Source of the DNA: Octopus sinensis
Taxonomy: Eukaryota
Reading direction: 5' to 3'
Assembly (NCBI RefSeq): GCF_006345805.1
Contig: NC_043023.1
Location: 21,267,140-21,331,139, forward strand
Length of the DNA stretch: 64,000 nucleotides
Shown piece after piece: positions 26,359 to 39,197 of this stretch (positions are counted from its first letter, which is position 1; the number at the start of each line of letters is the position of its first letter). The position numbers were made by a program, and so were the translations under genes. Under the pieces are notes generated by a model. It saw only the letters and a program-made list of their open reading frames with translations, made no database searches and had not been told where the DNA came from.

Positions 26359-27229
26359 GTGAGTATATTTGATTTCTATATATTTTACTTTCACCTCATC
26401 TATTTTATTTGTCAGAATGAATGAGAACAAGTTACATTCCTCATTTCCCATTGATAGGTTATCTGTATGACAATTTTATTTACGATATTCCTGATATTTC
26501 ATAAAATATCCACTGAGGTTAGCATGGTTAGTAATAATGGATAAACTAGAAAATAGAAATGGCGTTTAATATTATCTTTTGGAAGAGGGAACTAAAATCT
26601 ATTGTTTAAGGGTAAACAGGTGAGTGAATTTGTTTTACATTTTCTTTAGGTTCACTGTTAGGTTATTGTAATGAAGGACAAGTACCAAAGTTAACATCTA
26701 AAACAAAGCATCTTTCTTCAAACAGAAGACTTTGAGTTTGGTTCTTCTTGCAGCCATTATTTATTGGGTTATTGTGTTGGAAGCTGATAATTCCAATTTA
26801 GATTGTCATTTTGTAATGACTTTACCACATGACATATGTCTGTAAATGCTTCAATAAAAAGAGATTTAATAAAGGTGACACAGCGAAATCCTATCATTCT
26901 CCTCAGGCGAAAACAGAGAATTCCTTTAAGGGAATTTACCAGAAAATGAACTGGAGGTGGCATCTCTCATTGAGACTGACATAATAATAACTGAATAGGC
27001 TCTGTAGAATTGATTGAACCTGGAGTTCATTGGAGAAGTTTGAAATGGGTTGAATTTGACTTAGAATTATCGACTGTTGGACAATCACTGATCATTCGAT
27101 TTTTAGTGTCCTCTTGGGAACTTTGCAAGGTAGTAGATGGCACAGAGGGACAGTACTTTCATGACCCTTTGAATACCAGGTCTGAAATCTACCAGAATAA
27201 GACAGATATATGGGATTCCTCTAAAGGGT

Positions 27230-27560
27230 CTTTGGAGTAATGTTACTCAATAGGATTTATAGTTCAGAGATCTGGGAGTCTCTCCAGGTTGAGCCACGTC
27301 TCCTCCACATCTGTGGTACCTCGGACATGTGATCAGGGTGTTGCAGGAATGAATTACAGGACATGTTCTCAAAGTCAAACCAATGGAACAGGATACCGAG
27401 GGGGAGGCCAAGAAAGAAATGGTTGGATGATATCCATAGTCTTAGTTCTTCACATCATAGAATACAAGCAGAATGTCTAATGATGGATGCTTCTGATAGG
27501 ACCCTATGGAGGAGGTGCCTGAGGACTCTTTCCCCACAGCCCTTTCAAGAATATTGAGCA
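27230..27560 (+). mobile_element. Decayed RTE-type LINE C-terminal fragment
   Basis: LWYLGHVIRV ... PRGRPRKKWLDDI. Confidence 0.65.
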
Positions 27561-27908
27561 GAGGAAATGGATGGATCATATGCTTTCACTGTTGGAGGTC
27601 AATGTTAATTCTTGAGGTTCTGATATACTTTTGCCTTCACAAAAGTTTTCCTGCCCTCGTTTACCATATATTTTCTCAAGTATAATTTTCAATTAATTTT
27701 CTTTAAAAATCTCGTTTAATTCAAACTCTTTGTTATTTTTGTCAATAGAAAACAATGTCTTATATTTTTCCTGTTTCTTAGCTATTTCTTTTTTGATTTC
27801 TCTAATGATAAAGTTTGTTTGTTATATTCATAACAACCTACAGTACACAGCGTTTTATGTTATTGTCAGTGTTGTTGCATTTATTTCTTATTGTTGTGTC
27901 TTTTGCAG

Positions 27909-28108
27909 CTATTTTTTTAGGAGTTGATACAACTGAACTGAAAATTGATGATGAGTCTATTGACACTGTAAAACAAGGCTACCTGATGCTTCGCGAATGG
28001 TTCAAAAATTGCGACCCAGAAACACGGACACACGCAACATTACGTGCAGCTCTTGAAGAAGCTGAATGTTTCACTGCGATGGAATGTCTGTCATTAGACG
28101 CAAAGTGA
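27909..28108 (+). CDS. Ankyrin-RING-Death protein, terminal exon (AIFLGVDTTELKIDDESIDTVKQGYLMLREWFKNCDPETRTHATLRAALEEAECFTAMECLSLDAK*)
   Basis: TTTTGCAG acceptor at 27907-27908; Death-domain signatures FLG, Q.Y.ML..W, T...L..AL; TGA at 28106-28108. Confidence 0.9.
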
Positions 28109-28347
28109 ATTTCCATGTAACTGTTGTTTAGCTTCAGATTAACCTTGACCAAACAGAGTCTTTTGATCAAACGCATTCCAGCCAGGACCATCATGCCTAT
28201 TTACAAAGAGAACCCACAACCATCTCGTCCAATATGCCCTTCTGTACAGTGATATCGTGTGAATTTAGCTACTAATTCTAGCAGGTATATCAACCACATT
28301 GTGATCCCATCACTGGTTTTGCTCCTTTGTTAAAAATTCACTTTTAA

Positions 28348-28353
28348 AATAAA
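28348..28353 (+). promoter_or_regulatory. Candidate polyadenylation signal
   Basis: AATAAA ~240 nt after the stop; other AATAAA hexamers lie further downstream. Confidence 0.4.
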
Positions 28354-30419
28354 GACAAAGTTTGAAATGTTCATTTATTGTTGTTGCTGTTGTTGTATAT
28401 CTAATCCCATCCCTATATTGTTATATAGACAGCTTTAATATCTTCTCCTATATTGATAGTTATCTACCTTCATTTTTAGCTGAGAGTAGAATGCCTGGTA
28501 TATATATATTGATGTCTTTTCCCTTTATATATCCTATAGAGATAGTATTTCTATATAATACATGATGTATCTAAGGATATATCTCACTTTGTCCTGTTGT
28601 GGTTTAAGACAGGCCTCTCCAAAGTGGCGGTGGTTGAATAAAAATTCAGGGGGTTTTGAGTGCAATATACAATATTTTAATTTTATATTCTTACTTTATG
28701 ACCTTCGTTATTTACTAATGACTGCAATTTTCGTCAGTAAAAATAAACTTCACTATTATACATATGAAAATAAATCAAACAAATTAAAATTAAACAATAG
28801 CTGTGCTGAAAAATTGTGAGATAATAAAATAATGACACAACATTTGTTGTTTTAATTGCATGTGATTGTGGAAAAGCCACAGTGTCTCCCTCTTTTTAAG
28901 TAACTTCAGATAAAGGAAGAGTACAATTCTTCCCTACAATATTTACCTTCATATTACTCCACTGTTATTACATGTTATTTTAATTTGAAATTAGATTTCA
29001 AGTTCTTACAGCAGAGACCAAGATTAAATAAGTAAAATACATGAGACCTTTATGTACATTATAAGATGTGACAGGAAGCTCTACCGAGCAGACTTTTGTG
29101 GAATTGGAAAGGAAGACTCATAAGTATTCTCCACTTTTTATTGGATTCTTTTGTGATAGAAGTGAACAAACCTGATTGTTTTTAAATTAAATAATCAAGA
29201 TATTTAAATTAGATAAAAATAAACTTTATTCAGAAATTGATAATTACTTTTAAAGCAAACCGAAATTTTACCGGTGAGTGTGTTAAATAATAAGGCACTA
29301 AAAGAGAATGACTCTCCCCAGACACAACAAAATTATTTTGTATCAAACTTTGTACAAAATTATTCCAAATAAATTGATAACATAAGTTTCTGATTTTTTT
29401 CTTGGATAACTTGGGGAGAAATGCTTTTCACACATTATATGCAATGTAAATACACAACAAAAAAATAAAGCTGTCCAAAGCTATAGGTTACTGTTTATAT
29501 AGACCAGCTGGAGCAAATTTAGTTTAACATTTAATGCGTAGCAATAAACTCATTTATATAAGTGTTAGTTTTCTATAAATTGAGAAAACGTAAGACTTTT
29601 AGTGACTTTATAAAACTAAAAAGAGTAACTTCAAACTTTGGTGACCCCAGACAAATTCCTTTACTGACGGAGATATTCGTCTTGTTTTGGTCAATGACTG
29701 TCAAAGTAATTTTCATATTTTAAAAGCATCAAAAGGAAAATATGTTGCCCAGAGAAGAGAGGTTGAATTTGTCAAATTATAAAAGCACAGAGAATAATGA
29801 TGGACTGGACATTTTCTTTAGGTTAATGATCAGAGGATCCTTAAACAGATGCTATATGCTAAACTTCTGTATGGAGAGAGCCCCCAGCAGAAACGAAGAC
29901 TACGATTTAAGGACTGTGTATGTATATATATATATAAACTGAGCGGATACTTACCAGGCTGAAAAAATGTACTTTAATGAGGTCAATTGGTTCGACTAAA
30001 AATCCTGCAAGGCGGTAACCCAGCATGGCCACAATTCAATGACTGACAAAAGGAAAAAAAAAAGAGGCAATATACGAAAATTCTCATCGATGTCAACAAG
30101 TTCCCCGTCGCTCTTTCACAAATTCAGCGAAGCAGAAATGAAAGCACACACACACACACTCATACACTTTCTTCAGAATGTCACAGTTTTATGGTCAACA
30201 TTTTTAAAGCATAAATAGCTACGAGTGTGCGTCTTTGCATGTATCTATATGTGTGGGTGATAGGACGGGTGGGTGTTTGAGCACAGTCCACCCATACCCA
30301 AGGTGGTCGCATCGTCTCATGTGACCCAGCCACGAGTGTTCCGGATCCCATTAATGAACTCATTTGCATACAACCAGTCAGAGCTCACCTTCAACTTGTT
30401 GTCAGGTTAACAAACAGGA

Positions 30420-30579
30420 GTGTCTGTAGGGGAAGTAGCTCGCTTACCAACCACATGATTCCAGGTTCAATCCCACTACATGGCACCATGGGCAAATGTT
30501 TTCTACCATAGCCTCGGACCGACCAAAGCTTTGTCAGTGGATTTTGTACACGGAAACAGAAGGAAGCCCGTCGTATATA

Positions 30580-30628
<49 letters not shown>

Positions 30629-30805
30629 GTATGTTTCTGTGTCTGTGTTTGTCCGCCCAGCATAGTTCCACAACCAATGCTGGTGTGTTTACGTCCCTGT
30701 AACTTAGCGGTTCGGCAAAGGAGACCGATAGAATAAGTACTAGGTTTAGAAAGAATAGGTCCTCTGGTCGATTTACTCGACAAAAGTCGGTGCCCCAGCA
30801 TACAA
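30420..30805 (+). mobile_element. SINE family B, near full length
   Basis: Same head, body and tail as 14092-14486, with a central (TA)n. Confidence 0.85.
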
Positions 30806-30809
30806 CCAT

Positions 30810-30814
30810 ATATG

Positions 30815-30863
<49 letters not shown>

Positions 30864-30896
30864 TATGTATATATATAATATATATATATATGTATG

Positions 30897-30927
<31 letters not shown>

Positions 30928-30987
30928 GTATGTATGTATATATTATGTATGTATATATATATATATGATATATATATATATTATATG

Positions 30988-31026
<39 letters not shown>

Positions 31027-31126
31027 TATATATATATATCTTTAATATATATATATATGTATATATATCTTATATATATATATGTATATGTATATATATA
31101 TCTTTATATATATATATATATATGTA

Positions 31127-31161
<35 letters not shown>

Positions 31162-31262
31162 ATATATATATGTATATATATATATATATATGTATATATA
31201 TGTATGTATGTATATATATATGTATGTATATATATATGTATGTATGTATATATATATGTATG

Positions 31263-31324
<62 letters not shown>

Positions 31325-31721
31325 GTATATATATCTTTATATATATGTATATGTATATATATCTTTATATATATGTATATGTATATATATCTTTATATAT
31401 ATATATGTATATGTATATATATCTTATATATATATATATATGTATATATATCTTTATATTATATATATATATATATGTATATATATATTATATATATATA
31501 TATATATGTATATATATGTATATATATCTTTATATATATATATATGTATATATATCTTTATATATATATATATGTATATATATCTTTATATATATATATA
31601 TGTATATATATCTTTATATATATATATATATCTATATATATATATATACCTTTATATATGTCTATATCTATCATTATATATATCTATATCTATCTATCTT
31701 TATATATATATATATATATAT
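30810..31721. repeat. Degenerate (TA)n/(TATG)n microsatellite, ~0.9 kb
   Basis: Direct inspection. Confidence 0.97.
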
Positions 31722-33308
31722 ATCATCATCATCATCATCATCATCATTTAACGTCCGCTTTCCATGCTAGCATGGGTTGGACGGTTCAACTGGAGTCTGG
31801 GGAGCCCGAAGGCTGCACCAGGCCAGTCATATCTGGCAGTGTTTCTACAGCTGGATGCCCTTCCTAACGCCAACCACTCCGAGAGTGTAGTGGGTGATTT
31901 TATGTGCCACCGACACAGGTGCCAGACGAGGCTGGCGAACGGCCACGCTCAAATGGTGTTTTTTATGTGCCACCGACACAGGTGCCAGACGAGGCTGGCA
32001 GACGGCCACGCTCGGATGGTGTTTTTATGTGCCACCGACACAAGTGCCAGATGAGGCTGGCGAACGGCCACGATCGGATGGTGTTTGTTACGTGCCCACA
32101 GCACGGAGGCCAGTCGATGCGGTACTGGCTACGGCCACGTTCGGATGGTTTTCTTGTGTGCCACCGGCACTGGTACCATAAAGATACAAATTCCATTGAT
32201 GTTCATCTATTTTGATTTGGTTTGATTTTCACTTGCCTCAACAGGTCTTCACAAGTGTCATAAGAAGGAAGGTATGCACAGGTGGACTGACTACGTCCCA
32301 GGTAGGGGCCACGGGTTATGGCCTGACTAGTCTTGCCGGGTCTTTGGATGGTGTTTTTATGTGCCACCAACACAGGTGCCAGATGAGGCTGGCGAACGGC
32401 CACGATCGGATGGTGTTTGTTACGTGCCCACAGCACGGAGGCCAGTCGATGTGGTACTGGCTACCACCACGTTCGGATGGTTTTCTTGTGTGCCACCGGC
32501 ATTGGTACCACAAAGATACAAATTCCATTGATGTTCATCTATTTTGATTTGTTTTGATTTGATTTGATTATGATTATGATTATCACTTGCCTCAACAGGT
32601 CTTCACAAGTGTCATTTGATTTGATTAGATTAGCACTTGCCTCAACAGGACTTCACAAGTGTCATAAGATGGAAGGTATGCACAGGTGGACTGACTACAT
32701 CCCAGGAAGGGGCCACGGGCTATGGCCTGACTAGTCTTGCCGGGTCTTCGGACAGGTGCCAGATGAGGCTGGCGAACGGCCACGATCGGATGGCGTTTGT
32801 TATGTGCCCACAGCACGGAGGCCAGTCGATGCGGTACTGGCTACAGCCACGTTCGGATGGTTTTCTTGTGTGCCACCGATACTGGTACCACAAAGATACA
32901 AATTCCATTGATGTTCATCTATTTTGATTTGGTTTGATTTTCACTTGCCTCAACAGGTCTTCACAAGTGTCACACACTTGCCTCTGCCTCAACAGGTCTT
33001 CACAAAGTGTCACACACTTGCCTCTGCCTCAACAGGTCTTCACAAGTGTCACACACTTGCCTCAACAGGTCTTCACAAGTGTCATAAGAAGGAAGGTATG
33101 CACAGGTGGACTGACTACGTCGCCGGGTCTTCGGATGGTGTTTTTATGTGCCACCGACACAGGTGCAAGATGAGGCTGGCGAACGGCCACGATCGGATGG
33201 TGTTTGTTGTGCCCACAGCACGGAGGCCAGTCGATGCGGTACTGGCTACGGCCACGTTCGGGTGGTTTTCTTGTGTGCCACCGTCACTGGTACCACAAAG
33301 ATACAATT

Positions 33309-33311
<3 letters not shown>
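31722..33311 (-). mobile_element. RTE-3'UTR-derived element with nested tandem repeats (about four higher-order units)
   Basis: Same 3 x 62-bp block as 4268-5311 (31902, 31965, 32027), then recurring GATACAAATTCCATTGATGTTCATCTATTTTGATT...CACTTGCCTCAACAGG units. Confidence 0.88.
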
Positions 33312-33367
<56 letters not shown>

Positions 33368-33754
33368 CATACGTACATACATACATACATAAATACATAC
33401 ATATATAGGTGTATATACCCACACACGCATATATACTATCTAAAACAAAATAATCACCTGATCAAGTCCAAAGGTTTGTACTAGATATTGTTATTACTTT
33501 ATATAGTTGTGGCGTGTAATTAAATGTAAAATATAAGCTAGTCAATGTTTATTTGTTAAAGGTATCAGCAGAAGCTTGCATGCGTATGTGTGTCTGTTGG
33601 TGCGCCAATGCTCGTGTCCCCTTCGCAAGCGAAAAACGAGCCCGTTTCAATTCGAAACTGTCACGTCGGTTTTATATGACTAAGATGTTATTTTTTAGTT
33701 ATCTCCCTTAATTAAAGAATATACACTTTTGGCACTATTTGCTCTTTTAATCTC

Positions 33755-33885
33755 TCACTTGTTTCAGTCGTTTGACTGCGGCCATGCTGGTGCACCACCT
33801 TTAGTCGAGCAAATCTACCCCAGGACTTATTCTTTGTAAGCCTAGTACTCATTCTATCGGTGTCTTTTGCCGAACCGCTAAGTTG
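33755..33885 (-). mobile_element. SINE family B 3' half
   Basis: Reverse complement of the family B tail. Confidence 0.8.
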
Positions 33886-33889
33886 CATC

Positions 33890-34590
33890 GTGTGGCGTTG
33901 CTTTTACAAGGCAAGTTTGATGTGAAGGTATGGAAGGAAGATTTTTTCTGGGTTTACCAGCGGCACATGCTGCACATTGTAGGGACCAATTATGCGCTCA
34001 TCTCTTTTAGAGCAGTCTTTTACAGTGCAATGGTTGCTGTCATCACGACTGTTCCAAAAATACAAGAAGTGCATATTTTTTATGTATTCCAGCTGCAGTC
34101 CTAGGAGGAGGAAAATCATCTTTAAATCACCAGAAATATTTCACTTATGAACTGAGTAATTAACTCCTTTCAGAATGAGTTCCATCGATTCATAAGTTTC
34201 TTCCATACCGATAGCATGACCCACAGGAATGGAAGGTTTTTCATTACCATTATGTAACAGCACAGCTTCGAGGCTAACCTTACTCGAGTCTTTAAACATT
34301 CTCCATTCGTTAGTCACATACACTTGTCGTAGTTTTTGCATAAGTGCATTAACGTTAGTGCAGAAACAAGCATTATTTTCTTGCTTGAAAAAGACAGATA
34401 AGCCTTCATGGCGAGAATGGAAAATAGAAATTTTCGCACCTTACTGTTGGAGATTCCGTTGCTGTAGTCTGGATCCCAAAACTTCTGCCTTCTCCTTTGA
34501 CAATGGTAGGTCTTTTACTAAATCATTCAAATCTTCTTGATTAAACAAGCTTGGCTCACTTTTCTTAGAATCAACTACGTACTCTCCATT
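33890..34590 (-). mobile_element. DNA transposase fragment, Chapaev/Chapaev3-like (CMC), decayed
   Basis: LNDLVKDLPLSKEKAEVLGSRL, EWRMFKDSSKVSLEAVLLHNGN, GDLKMIFLLLGLQ, IFLPYLHIKL; superfamily name from recall. Confidence 0.7.
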
Positions 34591-34641
34591 ATTTACATCA
34601 TTTACATTTGACGGATATTTGTCCTCATCTGGTTTGTTGTT

Positions 34642-34687
34642 AACACAACATTTCGGCTGATATACCCTCCAGCCTTCTTCAGGTGTC
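34642..34687 (-). ncRNA. Degenerate minimal hammerhead motif
   Basis: GACAC-CTGAAGA-A-GGCTG(10 nt)CAGCC-GAAA-TG-TT/GTGTT; stems I and II pair, stem III reads TG where CG would be self-complementary. Confidence 0.5.
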
Positions 34688-34756
34688 TTGGGGGAATTTG
34701 AAACCTGAGTTCACATTCCTAAGGTATTTTTCAATGTTGTTGTTATTATTATCGTT

Positions 34757-34787
<31 letters not shown>

Positions 34788-35028
34788 TCATCATCATCAT
34801 TATTATTATATTATTATTATCATTATTATTATTATTATTATTATTATCTTTATATATATATATATTATATATATATATATATGTTAAAGTTTCAGCCCAG
34901 AGCTACGGCCATGCTGATGACAGCATTTATATGTACCTGTATCTAGAGTTATATTTCTCTCTCTCTCTCTCTTTCACTCTCTCACTCTCTCTCTCTCTCT
35001 ACTCGCTCACATATATGTATATATACAA

Positions 35029-35171
<143 letters not shown>

Positions 35172-35682
35172 GCATAAAGACGAGAAATGTGTATATTCCT
35201 ACATTTCTGAGGTCCTACATAAGTAGCAGGCAACAACACAAGCCTACATAAGCACAGACATAAACGAAGAGAAAGAGAGAGAGGGGGAAAGAAAGAGAGA
35301 AAGTGAGCGAGAGCGAGATAGAGTGAGAAGGGGAGGGTTACGGAAAAGAAAGACTGAGTGAAGAAAGGTTTGGGGTGAGAGAGAGAGAGAGAAGAAGAAA
35401 AGAGGTGAAAATGACTAACACTCATTTTAAATCAATTTTTCCTTATGACGTCATAATCTCTCTGCCTGACATCGTCCGACACCTTAACATTCAGTCGAAT
35501 TATCTGTCTATACACACACATAGACAAGCTTTATAGATATAGGTGTGACTGTGTGATAGAGATTTCAGGTTCAGTTCCACTGCGTGACACCTAGAGCGAT
35601 TTTTTTCCGTTTTTTTTTGCCATAACCAAATACCTGTTTGTGGGTTTCAGAGATGGTCAGTGAAAGAAGCGTACGATATGTG

Positions 35683-35837
<155 letters not shown>

Positions 35838-35854
35838 ATATGTGTGTGTGTGTG

Positions 35855-36090
35855 GAGACGCAATGGCCCAGTGGTTAGGGCAGCGGACTCGCGGTTTCGA
35901 TCCCCAGACCAGACGGAAACTGAAAGAAGCCTGTCGTATATGTATATGTATATGTGTGTGTCTGTGTTTGTCCCCCCAACATCGCTTGACAACTGATGCT
36001 GGTATGTTTACGTCCCCGAACTCACAACGTAACGACAAACGAAATACCGCAAAGCATTTCGCCCGGCGTGCTAACGATTCTGCCAGTTCG
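35855..36090. mobile_element. Chimeric SINE remnants (family A head, family B body, inverted family C head)
   Basis: GGAGACGCAATGGCCCAGTGG; CGGAAACTGAAAGAAGCC; reverse complement of GGCGAACTGGCAGAATCGTTAGCACGCC. Confidence 0.65.
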
Positions 36091-36099
36091 CCACAAATC

Positions 36100-36600
36100 T
36101 GTAAACTCTGTTGTTGAAGACATGGGAATTGCCGATTATCTGGTTGAGTTCTTAAACTCACTGGATCCACAACGAGCTCCCCCTCGTTGCCTTCGATTGA
36201 AAATGAGCGCTCCAATCATGCCTCTGCAGACCTTTTCCCAACCGAAGCTGTGCAGTGGTACAAGAATTGTTGTGAAGAAATTAACGAGAAATATCATAGA
36301 AGCCACAATAATTTTTGTCTTTGGAAAAGGTGAAGATATATTTATGCCTCACTTAATTTTAATACCTTCAAATATTCGCATCGAATTCAAACGACTTCAA
36401 TTTCCAATACGTCAGTCTCTTGCGATGTCCATTGATAAGTACCAAGATCAGACTTTCAAAGTTACTGCTTTGCAATTAGAGAAGGGTTGTTTTTTTACAA
36501 AGACATATGCTGGGGTTCCAGAGTGGGGAGCAAAGACAATTTTATCATTTTCACCCCTACAGGTAAAACTCAAACCAATGTCTGTTAGGACGTTTTTAGC
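36100..36600 (+). mobile_element. Helitron PIF1-like helicase C-terminal fragment
   Basis: EFLNSLDP..PP..L.LK, KLCSGTRIVVKKL.RNIIEATI, EFKRLQFPIR.SLAMSIDK.Q motifs in ORF 35996-36631. Confidence 0.85.
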
Positions 36601-36847
36601 ATGGGATCAACGAACAAGATTTGCAGAATGAATAAAAACTTTGAATTGAAATTGTCAACGCAACACTATATTCGCATAAGAAAATGTATTTCTATTTTTT
36701 GCTTGTTGTAATACTTAAGTTCAATAATTCTGTTGTTTCTGGAGAGAATCCTTTTCGTTTTGTGCCTTATTATGTAAAACACTCACCGGTAAAATTCCCA
36801 CTTTTTTCTTATTTTTATTGTCCTAAAATTTTCGTTGCGTCTTGCAA

Positions 36848-36887
<40 letters not shown>

Positions 36888-36914
36888 CCGGTGAATGTGT
36901 TATATTATAACATC

Positions 36915-37562
36915 CGAAAGGATGAAAGGCAAAGTCGACCTCGGCGGAATTTGAACTCAGAACGTAACGGCAGACGAAATACCTATTTCTTTACTACCCA
37001 CAAGGGGCTAAACACAGAGGAGACAAACAAGGACAGACAAACGGATTAAGTCGATTATATCGACCCCAGTGCATAACTGGTACATATTTTATGGACCTCG
37101 GAAGGATGAAAGGCAAAGTCGACATCGGTGGAATTTGAAACCAGAATGTAACGGCAGACGAAATACCTATTTCTTTACTGCCCACAAGAGGCTAAACACA
37201 GACGGGACAAACAAGGACAGAAAAGCGGATTAAGTCGATTATATCGAGCCCAGTGCGTAACTGGTACTTAATTTATCGACCCTGAAAGGATGAAAGGAAT
37301 TTGAACTCAGAACGTAACGGCAGACGAAATACCTATTTCTTTAGTACCCACAAGGGGCTAAACACAGAGGGAACAAGCAAGGACAGACAAACATATTAAG
37401 TCGATTATATCGAGCCCAGTGCGTAACTGGTACTTATTTAATGGGCCCCGAAAGGATGAAAGGCAAAGTCGACCTCGGCGGAATTTGAACCCAGAACGTA
37501 ACGGCAGACGAAATACTGCTAAGCATTTCGCCCGGCGTGCTAACGTTTCTGCCAGCTCGCCA
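36915..37562 (-). mobile_element. SINE family C: one tRNA-like head followed by ~3.5 tandem ~180-bp bodies
   Basis: Head at 37520-37562; GAAAGGATGAAAGG unit recurs near 36918, 37101, 37283, 37450. Confidence 0.85.
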
Positions 37563-38302
37563 CATTAATAAAAGCGAAATTCCCATGTGCCTGTGACCCC
37601 TGTCCCTCTGTCTACATAGACATATTCTACCTTTTTGGAATCAGGATGATCCCAGGATTGAAACTCTGCTCTACATTTGGTTCTTGACGATCCAGCATTG
37701 GGATCTGGCTCAAAACCATTTTGGCTGCTATTTCTAGCAGTTGAAGCCAGTGTGAGGTACAAGAGTTACGTCCCTTAGCTTAACGTGTAACTGAGGAATT
37801 TTGTAGTTTTTTTCACATTTTTCAGTTACTAGACTGCGGCCACGCTGGGGCACCGCATTGAAGAATTGTAATCTAAGAAATTGACACAAGTTATTTCTTA
37901 CTTCTGTCTGGTAGATTTTATTGGCCTCTTATAGCGAACCGCTAAGTCACATGGAGATAAACGTAAACGACAGACATACACACAAAGCCACTATACACGC
38001 ACGCACACACACACACATACATACATACATACGTACATACATACGTATATACAGACGTACATACGTACATACATACATACATACATACATACGTAATACA
38101 TGCATAATACATATATACATACACACATATATACATACATACATACGTACATATTTACGTACGTACATACATACACACATACACGTACATACATACATAC
38201 ATAATACATACATACGTACGTACGTACATACATACCACATACATACACACAGAAATGTATGTGTGTATATATATATATATATATATGTATATAAATATAT
38301 AT

Positions 38303-38930
38303 ATCATCATCGTTTAACGTCCGTTTTCCATGCTAGCATGGGTTGGACGGTTCGACCGGGGTCTGGGAAGCCAGGAGGCTGGCAACGGCCACGATCGAAT
38401 GGTGTTTTTTATGTGCCCCCAGCACGGAAGCCAGTCAAGACGGCGGTGGCATCAGTCACGTTGAGATGGTGTTTTGAAAGTGCCATTGGCGCGGGTATCA
38501 GAACTACAATTTCCATTTGATGTTGATGTACTTGACTCAATAGGTCTCCTCAAGCACAGCAGGTCACCCCACGATCCAAGGTAACCACAGCAGGCCGTCC
38601 TGCGATCCAAGGTATTTCCGATGGGTTGGGGCTGTTATGTGAAGCTGCTGCAGGAAACAGCCTCACGTTATTTGTCGGGTCATCGCAGTTACAGCATATC
38701 TCCAGATGTCTCGGTCTTTCGTCATTGCCTCTGTGAGGCCCAACGCTCGAAGGTCATGCTTAATCACCTCATTCCATGTCTTCCTGGGTCTACCTCTACC
38801 CCGGATTCCTTCAACTGTTTGGGAGTGGCACTTTTTCGCACATCTCTTCTCATCCATCCGGAGAACATGACTATACCAGCGCAAACATCTTTCTTGCCTG
38901 CCACATCCGATGCTTGTTATGTCCAGCATT

Positions 38931-38937
<7 letters not shown>
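38303..38937 (-). mobile_element. 5'-truncated RTE LINE
   Basis: (CAT)n tail; reverse ORF ...WYSHVLRMDE...GRGRPRKTWNEVIKHDLRALGL. Confidence 0.88.
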
Positions 38938-38970
<33 letters not shown>

Positions 38971-39090
38971 ACAATCAAGGAACGACCATAATAGGCCATT
39001 CACCCACTAGAAATAACAGCCAAAGCTTCAACCGCAAATAAAGATTAATTCCGTAAACAGGAGAAAATTTTAAAAAACATTTACCCTGTA

Positions 39091-39197
39091 ATTTCTTGTA
39101 CGATGTACCGTTTCATCTGCTGTTTAATGGTAAACTAACCTGATTAAATTAAATCAAGCCAATCTTCCATAGGCCCTCAGATTCTTCAGCAAGAAAT
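39091..39197 (-). ncRNA. Type I hammerhead ribozyme (inverted copy)
   Basis: Reverse complement of 39634-39740; predicted cut between 39099 and 39098. Confidence 0.85.

Noticed and set aside
27921-27930. Acceptor TTTTTTTAG/GAGTT for the last Death exon
   Set aside because: It would delete AIFL from the conserved W..VAIFLG motif; 27909 preferred.
30790-31867. Long Tyr/Ile/Met ORFs (also 35638-36117, 60912-61933)
   Set aside because: Translations of (TA)n microsatellites, open in many frames on both strands.
37565-37762. 65-aa minus-strand ORF in non-repeat-looking sequence
   Set aside because: No recognisable motif or convincing splice sites; left unassigned.
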